Assembly: GCA_031411295.1 (NCBI GenBank)
Contig: JANOAV010000134.1
Location: 32,001 to 96,000 of the forward strand
Length of the DNA stretch: 64,000 nt
Direction of reading: 5' to 3'
DNA from: Verrucomicrobiales bacterium
GTDB lineage: Bacteria > Verrucomicrobiota > Verrucomicrobiia > Verrucomicrobiales > V1-33
Of the stretch, positions 27,964-35,747 are shown piece after piece. The notes under the pieces were generated by a model. The model searched no databases and had not been told where the DNA came from. It worked only from the letters and a program-made list of their open reading frames with translations. How positions within the stretch are numbered: the stretch's first letter is position 1; the number at the start of each line of letters is the position of its first letter. A program made the translations under genes and the position numbers.

Positions 27964-30066
27964 CTAGGACTCTGCAGGAGGCGTTTCCGCCGCGCTGCCG
28001 GAGGTTTCACTGACGGCTTCTGCCGTCGGTTCCACCGCAACGTCAACCACGTCAACCACGTCAACCGCGTCAACTGCTGGCGCAGGTGCGTCTGGGATTT
28101 CCGGGATGATTTCGGCGGTTGGCTCAGCCACAGTTTCGACTGGAGCGGGAGCTTCGGCCTCGATGGCTGGCTCTGCGGCGGGGGCTGGGGAGGTCTCCGC
28201 AACTGGTGCGTCCGACGTTTCGGGCGTCGGTTCGGCGGATTTCTCACCGGAAGCCTTGCCTTCGGCGGCGGGCTTTCTTTCACGATGCTCGCGACCCAAA
28301 ATGTGCAGTTCGCCATTGGCGAATTCCGTCAGGAACCCTTCCTGCACCAACCATTTGATGTCCTGCATGATGGCCAGCTCTCCCGTGGAAAGCACCGGAG
28401 CCACGGGAGCCGGGGTTTCGCCTTCAGCCACGGGGACGGGTTCTGGCTCGGGCGCGGGCGGGGCCAGCACGCCGACGATTTTGCCGTAGCCGATGCCGGA
28501 GTTGGCGCGCACCATTTCAATGATGGAACGGACGCGGTCGGACAAGGGCACGTTGTCGCCAATGAATTGCGGGCGACTGCGGCAAACGAAGGTCGTTTTC
28601 TTGTCGCGCTTGAAGAAGCGCAAACCATGATTTTCCAGCTCGCGGCAGAGTTCCTGCACGAGGTTCATCGGGAAACGATTTTGGCTGTCAAGTTCCACCC
28701 GCAGCAGGCTCAGCAGGCCGGGGGACAAGAGTTTGCCAGGAATATTTCCCGCCACGGTAATTTCCCGCACGGTCTTGAGCGAGTCATCAGCAAAGTTCTT
28801 CAGGAAGTGCGCATCGCGCTCCGCGATGGTTTTGAAACGCGGAGCTTCCTCACCTTCCGCCACTTTGGTGCAGACGTATTGGCGTTCGGTGGATTGTTGC
28901 TCCAGCCACTTGGCCACAATTTCCTCCCCCTTCTCCACCCGGACGCGGCTCTTATAGAAGTCCAGGGCGAGGTTGTAAAACTCCTCCCGATGCAGTCGGG
29001 CGACATTCACAGGGAACGAGTGATGGTTCGGCGGTCCTAACAGGGCTCCGGAAAATCCGCACACCGCTATGGCCGTGAAATTTCCCTTCGGAGGATCGAT
29101 GGCGACTGTTTCTTCGGTATAAAGTTCGTTCATGGCTGTGCCTTGGCGAATGTGGCGCAGGGCCTCTTCCTTGGTCAGCCAGAGCGAGTTGTCCAGCGTG
29201 CACTGGATCAGTTCGGGCGCGGCGGCAGGAACCGCAGCAGCGACTTCGGCTGGATTCGCCCGGGCAGAAGGAGTGGGATCTTTATAAAAGAAATGGACCA
29301 AATACCGATCCCGGGCAGAAAGGAACAACTTCGCCACGTCGAAGACAGAATAGGCGCGACCGGAGGCTTTGATTTGTTTGGCCAGGGCCTCCACGGCACG
29401 AGGCTCAGGGAGGATACGGGCCCACCAGCCATGAGCCAGGCGTGGACGCTCTTCTTCCGGACGATCGTGACGACGATCACCACGATCTGGGCCGCCACCA
29501 TCACGACGCGGGCCTCGATTGCCGCCACCATCACGACGGTCCGGGCGATCTCCGGCAGGCCGCGGACCACGCGAGTCCGGTCCACCACCATCACGCCGCG
29601 GCGGACGATCACCTTGAGGGCGATCACCCTGCGGACGATCTCCGGCAGGACGCGGAGGTCCAGCTGGACGAGGACCACGATCTCCCATGGGACGATTCCC
29701 TTGGCCTCCAGGCTTCGGCCCGGAAAATCCACCACCGCCACCCGGAGGACGATTGCCGCCTTCCCGACGCTGCCCTGGGGCACCGCCGCCGCCAGCACCG
29801 CCGCCGGGTCCACGACCCTGACCGCCACGGTTATCGAAATTTCTCGCACCACCGCCGCCAGGTCCACCAGCGCCCCGACGGTCGCCTCCGCGATCACCCC
29901 GGTCCGGGCGATCACCCCGATCACCCCGGCCACCGCCGCCGCCCTTGCCGGCAAAATTCCACACCACGTCACTGGCGGGCGTGGCGTCGGCAGGTTTGCT
30001 CTTATCCACCCAGTCCGGGCGGAAGCTGAGGGATTGTAATTCAGAAAGGTCGATGGAGTCGCTCAT
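27964..30066 (-). CDS. Hypothetical protein with Gly/Arg/Asp-rich disordered N-terminus and acidic Pro/Ala-rich tail
   Basis: 700-aa ORF with genome-typical codon usage; GDR/RGG repeats; globular core 'CGFSGALLGPPNHH'. Confidence 0.8.
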   Translation of the reverse strand: MSDSIDLSELQSLSFRPDWVDKSKPADATPASDVVWNFAGKGGGGGRGDRGDRPDRGDRGGDRRGAGGPGGGGARNFDNRGGQGRGPGGGAGGGGAPGQRREGGNRPPGGGGGFSGPKPGGQGNRPMGDRGPRPAGPPRPAGDRPQGDRPQGDRPPRRDGGGPDSRGPRPAGDRPDRRDGGGNRGPRRDGGGPDRGDRRHDRPEEERPRLAHGWWARILPEPRAVEALAKQIKASGRAYSVFDVAKLFLSARDRYLVHFFYKDPTPSARANPAEVAAAVPAAAPELIQCTLDNSLWLTKEEALRHIRQGTAMNELYTEETVAIDPPKGNFTAIAVCGFSGALLGPPNHHSFPVNVARLHREEFYNLALDFYKSRVRVEKGEEIVAKWLEQQSTERQYVCTKVAEGEEAPRFKTIAERDAHFLKNFADDSLKTVREITVAGNIPGKLLSPGLLSLLRVELDSQNRFPMNLVQELCRELENHGLRFFKRDKKTTFVCRSRPQFIGDNVPLSDRVRSIIEMVRANSGIGYGKIVGVLAPPAPEPEPVPVAEGETPAPVAPVLSTGELAIMQDIKWLVQEGFLTEFANGELHILGREHRERKPAAEGKASGEKSAEPTPETSDAPVAETSPAPAAEPAIEAEAPAPVETVAEPTAEIIPEIPDAPAPAVDAVDVVDVVDVAVEPTAEAVSETSGSAAETPPAES
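28041..28074. repeat. 9-bp tandem repeat (about 3.8 copies) encoding VDA/VDV
   Basis: cgtcaacca cgtcaacca cgtcaaccg cgtcaac. Confidence 0.8.
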
Positions 30067-30325
30067 AAAAGAGTGCGCGGGGTCAGTTGATTGATTGGGG
30101 AAGGAACCATGCGGAGGACGTTAGTCCGCCTGATGAGAGCGGAGAACACTGGCGCATTGGCATAAGAGTTGATACATAAGCTGCCGCTGGTAGCACGCAT
30201 CCCCCAATAGCTCCAGCAGAAAAGCAAGCCCGTAAAGGATTTCTTGCAATGGTTGGAGGGACAGGATTTCATGTTAGGCTCGAAAGAGAATTTGCAGAAT
30301 GGCGCAGAGCAGAGTCCACTAAGCC

Positions 30326-31306
30326 ATGTTTTCCATCTGGGTGCGGGCACGATTTGTGGTTGAAGCATGGCTGCTGCGTGCAGCCGTGGTAGTCATTCCG
30401 TGGCTGCCTCACGGCGTGCTGAAGTTGTTGTCCCATACGCTGGGAGCCTTCGCCAGTCTGGTGGATTATCGGGGGCGGGCGGCGGCTTGGGCCAACCTCA
30501 CGTTGCTGTTCCCCAACCTTTCCCGCCGCGAAATAATTCGGCTGCGTCGTCGGTCCTATCAAATTTTCGCCCGCGCCTTTGCCGAATTATTTTGGAGCCG
30601 ACACCTCACCCCGCCGACGGTGGACCGCTTCGCCACTGCCCACTTGGCAAGTGACGCCACCCAGCAGGCGATGCAGGAAGGTTGTATTTTTGCCACACTG
30701 CACGCGGGAAATTTCGAATGGCTCTCCCGGGCCACCGCCTTGTGGGGCTATCCCTCCATGATTGTGGCGGCTAATTTCCTGAACCCTCGGCTGACCCCCA
30801 TTTTCCAAGCGCTGCGCCAGGTCGAGGGGCATCAGATCATTCCCCAGGAACACGCGATCCTGAAACTCTTCAAGCACCTCAAGCGCGGCGGACGCACCGC
30901 CATGTTGATCGATCTGAACGTGCCGCCAGACCAAAGCGCCACCATCATTTCCTGCTTCGGCAAACTCACCTGCGTCACCCAAGCGCACGCCGCGCTAGCC
31001 CAGCGCACGGGCCGTCCATTAGTGCCCGCCATCTCCCTGCCGCAAGCGGATGGTCGCTACACCATGCGCTTCCTCGAACCTATTCCCGCGGGGCCGACGG
31101 ATTCGCTAACAGACATCACCCAGCGCTGCTGGGATCAGTTCGAGCCGTTCATTCGCGAGCAACCTGAAATCTGGATGTGGATGTATAAACACTGGCGCTA
31201 TCTGCCAGAAGGAGCCACCGCAGCGGAATACCCCACGTATGCCAATTCCTCCAAGAAATTCGAGAAGCTGCGCAGAGGAATGGCCCACAAAGCAGCCAAC
31301 CCCTAA
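30326..31306 (+). CDS. Lipid A biosynthesis acyltransferase (LpxL/HtrB family)
   Basis: 'HAGNFEW', 'LIDL', 'FIREQPEIWMWMYKHWR'. Confidence 0.85.
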   Translation: MFSIWVRARFVVEAWLLRAAVVVIPWLPHGVLKLLSHTLGAFASLVDYRGRAAAWANLTLLFPNLSRREIIRLRRRSYQIFARAFAELFWSRHLTPPTVDRFATAHLASDATQQAMQEGCIFATLHAGNFEWLSRATALWGYPSMIVAANFLNPRLTPIFQALRQVEGHQIIPQEHAILKLFKHLKRGGRTAMLIDLNVPPDQSATIISCFGKLTCVTQAHAALAQRTGRPLVPAISLPQADGRYTMRFLEPIPAGPTDSLTDITQRCWDQFEPFIREQPEIWMWMYKHWRYLPEGATAAEYPTYANSSKKFEKLRRGMAHKAANP

Positions 31307-31324
31307 CCTCAAGGTGCGGAACCC

Positions 31325-31442
31325 ACTGGGAGTGGCGCGACTCTGTCCGCCATTCTCAATTTCTCGCGCAACTCGCATCACTGCAATATAAAAGGGTGTA
31401 GCAAGTGTTACCGATGGCGGACGGAGTCGCGCCACTGCCAGT
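31325..31442. repeat. REPIN-like inverted doublet (29-bp arms, 60-nt spacer)
   Basis: actgggagtggcgcgactctgtccgccat (31325-31353) versus atggcggacggagtcgcgccactgccagt (31414-31442): 27/29 complementary; each arm is internally palindromic. Confidence 0.75.
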
Positions 31443-31562
31443 CCAGCATCGTTTTTATTGAGGAATTCGATCGCGTGGGATCGAACTGACTGGGGCTGAT
31501 GAAAATCTCCTTTGAAATTCCTTCGTTGCGTTTTCTGCGTTTGCGGTCCACATGAAGTGTCT

Positions 31563-33428
31563 ATGTCTGATTCAGCTGCTCTCCACCCCGATATTGCCCA
31601 ACACGTTGCCGACGGAAGACTCCCCGCTGCGGCGGCTTCCAAAGTCTCCCAATTGGTGCCCGGCACCTTTGTATCCTCCCGAAATTTCGGATCCGGAAAG
31701 GTGGTGGAATGGGATCTGCTGGGGGATCGCATGCTGGTGGATTTCGAAGGCAAACCCGGGCACGCCCTGAAATTAGAATTCGCCTCCAAGCTGCTCGATA
31801 TCATTGATGAAGGCCACATTCTGGCCCGTCGCTTTGCGGATAAGGCTGGATTGCTGACGCTGGCGGAAAAGGAACCCGCGGAATTCGTCCGTCTGGCCCT
31901 GGTTAGCAACGGACGCAAAATGACTTTCGACGCGTTCGAAGATCTGGTAAAAGGCAAGATCATCCCTGAGGGGAAATTTAAGAACTGGTGGGAAAACGCC
32001 AAAAAGGTCCTCCGCACCAAACCTCAATTCATCGTGCCACCGAAGCGCACCCTGCCGCTGGAACTGCGGGGCGATGATATTTCCCCTACCGATGCGCTGC
32101 TGGAAGATTTCCGCGGGGCCCGGGAAATGAAGGCGAAGATCAAGGCCATCGAAGCGATTCTCAAAGAGCCCAGTATCTTCGGCAACAACCCCGCCGAAAC
32201 CCTGCTGCCGATTGCCCGTGAAGCCGAGGAGACCATTTCCCAAAATCTGCGCCTGAAGCCAGCCGATGCCGTGGAAATGCTCCTGACCCGGGATGACCTG
32301 GTCGAGCGCGTCGAAGGCCTGCGCGAGCACGTGACCCTGCCCCTTTCCAAAGCGATGGCAGAACTCCACGAACGCCTGCCGGAGTTCGTCACTGCCCTGA
32401 CGCCCACGAAACAATACCGCGTCTTCAACGCGCTGCCCGAAGCCATGGGTGAAGGCTGGGAGGAACGCGCCACGGCCCTGATCAACAAACTGCCCCAGCG
32501 CAGTATTGCCGAACTAGCCAAGGTCTTCGTCAAACGGGACAGCGCAGAGAAGTTGCTTGGTTTCCTCAAAACCACCATCGGACACCGCGCCTTGAGTTCC
32601 GAAGCGCTGGCGTGGGTCTGCCGCGAACGTGCCACCATTACCAAGACGGTATTTACTGCAGAAATCACAGCCGCCCTTATGGGTGCCATCGAGCGTGACC
32701 ACTTCGACGACGATAAACGCTCCAATCGCGTCATGGACGTGTTGATGGACGACAAAGACCTGATTGCTGATGTGCTGCGCAATGCGGAGACGAACCAAGT
32801 CAACAATTTCGCCCGGCAGGTGCTCCTGAGCCCTGCGTTCGACGAACTCACGAAGCGATCCCTCATGGCCCGCATTATCAAAGTGGTGCCCGAGGCGGAA
32901 GAATTGATCTTGGCGCACAAGAAAGACGAGGAGGATGACAGCGAGCAAACGCCCCTCATCGTTTCCTGGACCAGCCTCGAAACTCAGAAAGCCGCCCTGA
33001 AGCAGCTCTCGGAAATTGAAATTCCGAAGAATCGGGAAGACATTATCATCGCTCGCGAATATGGCGATCTGCGGGAAAACTTCGAATACAAATCCGCCAA
33101 AGAATACCAGAAGGTCCTGATGCGGCGGAAAATGGAGATGGAGCGCGATCTGGCGCGGGCGCAAGGCACCGATTTCTCCGATGTGGACCCCGCCCACGTA
33201 GGCGCGGGAACTATCGTGGTGCTGGAAGATCTGGCCACGGGTAAACAGAATACTTACACCATTCTGGGAGCCTGGGATGGCGATCCTGACAAGCACATCC
33301 TCTCCTACCTAACCGCCATCGGCCAAGCCCTCCAAGGCCTCTCCGTGGGGGACACCGCCGATCTGCCCACGGAGACAGAAGACGTCCGCCCAGTGAAGGT
33401 GGTGAGCATCACCAAATGGGTCAAGTAA
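31563..33428 (+). CDS. greA: GreA/GreB family elongation factor with long N-terminal extension
   Basis: C-terminal 'AREYGDLRENFEYKSAKE...YTILGAWDGDP...SYLTAIGQAL'. Confidence 0.85.
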   Translation: MSDSAALHPDIAQHVADGRLPAAAASKVSQLVPGTFVSSRNFGSGKVVEWDLLGDRMLVDFEGKPGHALKLEFASKLLDIIDEGHILARRFADKAGLLTLAEKEPAEFVRLALVSNGRKMTFDAFEDLVKGKIIPEGKFKNWWENAKKVLRTKPQFIVPPKRTLPLELRGDDISPTDALLEDFRGAREMKAKIKAIEAILKEPSIFGNNPAETLLPIAREAEETISQNLRLKPADAVEMLLTRDDLVERVEGLREHVTLPLSKAMAELHERLPEFVTALTPTKQYRVFNALPEAMGEGWEERATALINKLPQRSIAELAKVFVKRDSAEKLLGFLKTTIGHRALSSEALAWVCRERATITKTVFTAEITAALMGAIERDHFDDDKRSNRVMDVLMDDKDLIADVLRNAETNQVNNFARQVLLSPAFDELTKRSLMARIIKVVPEAEELILAHKKDEEDDSEQTPLIVSWTSLETQKAALKQLSEIEIPKNREDIIIAREYGDLRENFEYKSAKEYQKVLMRRKMEMERDLARAQGTDFSDVDPAHVGAGTIVVLEDLATGKQNTYTILGAWDGDPDKHILSYLTAIGQALQGLSVGDTADLPTETEDVRPVKVVSITKWVK

Positions 33429-33676
33429 CCTGGAGTCATGGATTGAGCTCCGGCAAGGTTTGTCGTGGTCTCGAGTCTCCTCTGCTGGAGTGCCAAGCAG
33501 GCACCGGGGCCACCAAGCACGTGCAACTCGCAAAAATATCGCCCGCTAACTGAAAAATCATCGAGATTCCGAGAAATTTTTCCTCAAAAGGTTGACATCC
33601 ATCCCGTTCCTTGGCAATCATTAGGAAATTCACCTACTAAATTCCGCATCCATCCTGCACCAGCCCTTATCCTCTT

Positions 33677-34543
33677 ATGAGCGAGCCCGATAATCAAATA
33701 CCCAAAGCACCGACCGTAAAGACCTCTGCGGTGCCTTTGAAAAAAGAAACTGTGCGGATTACGCTCCGTCCCAGCGCCCCACCTTCCGAGCCTCTGCCAC
33801 AGGTGAGCCCACCTCCGCCCACAGCTCAGGTCCCTGTGGCCCCAGCGCCAATGCCGTTGCCCTCGGCTCCGCCGCCATCGCCTCGTGCGGTCGCTCCAGG
33901 CGCGCCCACCGTGCCGCTGCGGAGCGCCCCGCCACCGATTCGTCCTGCTGGCCCTCCGACGGTGGCCATGGGTGGTGCACCGCCACCGCCGGCTACTCGC
34001 CCCGTGGGTGGCCCGCCCGCTCCTCCGGCCCCCATTGGCAGCAAGACCATTCCTTTGGCCCAAGCCCCTGCCCGTCCCGTTCCCGCCACTCCAGGTGGCC
34101 CGCGGCCAACCGGCCGCCTAACCGGTGCTCCGGCAACGCAACCGTTGCCCAAGGCCACGATGAAGTTGACCAGGACCGAGCCCATCAGTGGTGGCCCTCC
34201 CACCGCCGCCATCAGCAGCGCCCCGATCAAGTCCGCTGGGTTTGATGACGAGGATGAAACCGACAACGAAGGTTTCCTCAACGGCATTTCCGTGGCCGCC
34301 ATCATTGGCTCCATTGCCGCTCTCTTCATTGCCCTGCTGGCCTTCCAAGCCGTCCCTCCATTCAATCAGCAACTCCCGCTGACGACCTTGGATCAAAAGA
34401 AGTCCTGGCAAAATGAGCCTAGAGCCGATTGGAAAATTCCGGTCGAATACAACCCCTTCTCCAAGAAAATGGGAGAGAGTTGGTCCAGCACCTACGCCAC
34501 CAAGAAGGCCGACGAGCACGCCATTCCTGATCGTGGAGAGTAA
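33677..34543 (+). CDS. Proline-rich single-pass membrane protein
   Basis: 'KKETVRITL' followed by a Pro-rich region, an acidic patch and TM 'ISVAAIIGSIAALFIALLAF'. Confidence 0.75.
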   Translation: MSEPDNQIPKAPTVKTSAVPLKKETVRITLRPSAPPSEPLPQVSPPPPTAQVPVAPAPMPLPSAPPPSPRAVAPGAPTVPLRSAPPPIRPAGPPTVAMGGAPPPPATRPVGGPPAPPAPIGSKTIPLAQAPARPVPATPGGPRPTGRLTGAPATQPLPKATMKLTRTEPISGGPPTAAISSAPIKSAGFDDEDETDNEGFLNGISVAAIIGSIAALFIALLAFQAVPPFNQQLPLTTLDQKKSWQNEPRADWKIPVEYNPFSKKMGESWSSTYATKKADEHAIPDRGE

Positions 34544-34578
34544 TCCTTTTACCATTCAATAACCAATCATTAATCCCT

Positions 34579-34653
34579 ATGGGTCCCGCTATCATTTTAC
34601 TTATTGGAGCATTGGCTGCCGTCGGCACCTCCGTTCTGGCATTCATGCAGTAG
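34579..34653 (+). CDS. Putative 24-aa hydrophobic small membrane protein MGPAIILLIGALAAVGTSVLAFMQ
   Basis: ATG 34579 to TAG 34651-34653; preceded by a G-free A/C/T-rich leader; lies upstream of the terminator. Confidence 0.55.
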   Translation: MGPAIILLIGALAAVGTSVLAFMQ

Positions 34654-34700
34654 TCCGCTGAGTCAGTGAAAACTGACCTGCGTTCCCTGAAATCCTTCGA

Positions 34701-34748
34701 GACCGCCCCCTTCCCCCTTTTGGTTGGAACGGGGCGGTTTGATTTTAG
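34701..34748 (+). terminator. Probable intrinsic terminator
   Basis: accgcccc...ggggcggt stem followed by ttgatttt. Confidence 0.6.
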
Positions 34749-34817
34749 AGGATTAAATCGACCTTCAGCCCAGCAATGACACTGGACGTCGGCTGCAGTT
34801 TCCTCTAAAAGCATGCC

Positions 34818-35708
34818 ATGAACTCCTCACGCCGTCATTTTCTCGCTACCAGCACCACCGCTCTGATGTCCACCTCCCTAGCCGAACGCATCGTGGCAGC
34901 CGATCAGGCCTCGGGCCTCAAGGGCAAAATCAATCACTCGGTTTGTAAATGGTGTTACCCCAAGGTGCCGTTGGATGAACTTTGCAGCGCGAGCAAGGAA
35001 ATGGGCATCACTTCGATTGATCTCGTGGACCCGGTGGATTTCCCCGCTTTGAAAAAGCACGGGCTAACGTCTGCCATGATTAGTTTCCCCACGATTGATG
35101 GCCCTAACGGGGAGAAAATCGGCAGTATTCCGTTCGGGCTGAATCAGCCGGAGCACCACGATTTATTAGTGCAGGCTTACGAGCCGCTGATCAAAGCGAG
35201 CGCAGCATTTGGGGCGAAGAACGTCATCTGCTTCTCCGGGAATCGACGCGGCATGGATGAGGAAACTGGTCTCAAAAATTGTGCCGCAGGCTTGAAGAAA
35301 TTACTCCCACTGGCAGAAAAGCACGGCATCGTCCTGACGATGGAACTACTGAATAGTCGGGTCAACCATCCTGACTACATGTGCGATAAGAGCGCCTGGG
35401 GCATAGCCCTGGTCAAGCTCGTGGGATCGCCCAACTTCAAACTCCTCTTCGACATTTACCACATGCAAATTATGGAAGGGGACATCATCGCCACCATCCA
35501 AAAGCAGCACGAAAACTTTTCCCACTATCACACTGGCGGCGTGCCCGGCCGGCATGAAATCGATGAAACGCAGGAGCTAAACTACCCCGCCATCATGAAC
35601 GCCATTGTCGCCACGGGTTTCAAAGGACACGTGGCTCAAGAGTTTGAGCCCGCCAAGCCGGATGTGCTGGCCTCACTAAAACAAGCGGTGCGGATCTGTG
35701 ATGTGTAG
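34818..35708 (+). CDS. Tat-exported hydroxypyruvate isomerase family TIM-barrel protein
   Basis: 'SRRHFL' Tat motif; 'MELLNSRVNH.DY', 'FDIYHMQIMEGD', 'PGRHEID...ELNYP'. Confidence 0.9.
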   Translation: MNSSRRHFLATSTTALMSTSLAERIVAADQASGLKGKINHSVCKWCYPKVPLDELCSASKEMGITSIDLVDPVDFPALKKHGLTSAMISFPTIDGPNGEKIGSIPFGLNQPEHHDLLVQAYEPLIKASAAFGAKNVICFSGNRRGMDEETGLKNCAAGLKKLLPLAEKHGIVLTMELLNSRVNHPDYMCDKSAWGIALVKLVGSPNFKLLFDIYHMQIMEGDIIATIQKQHENFSHYHTGGVPGRHEIDETQELNYPAIMNAIVATGFKGHVAQEFEPAKPDVLASLKQAVRICDV

Positions 35709-35747
35709 GCGAATTCCCGTCCTCTTCATAGATTAGACCCCAAGATT

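Noticed and set aside
29143..30039. Thr-rich, His-rich and Val-rich ORFs in other frames; possible CRISPR-like repeats
   Set aside because: By-products of the GDR/RGG coding repeats; no constant repeat with unique spacers.
33430..33530. Hairpin gtggtctcg/cggggccac downstream of greA as an ncRNA
   Set aside because: Short and dependent on G-U pairs; expected by chance at this GC content.
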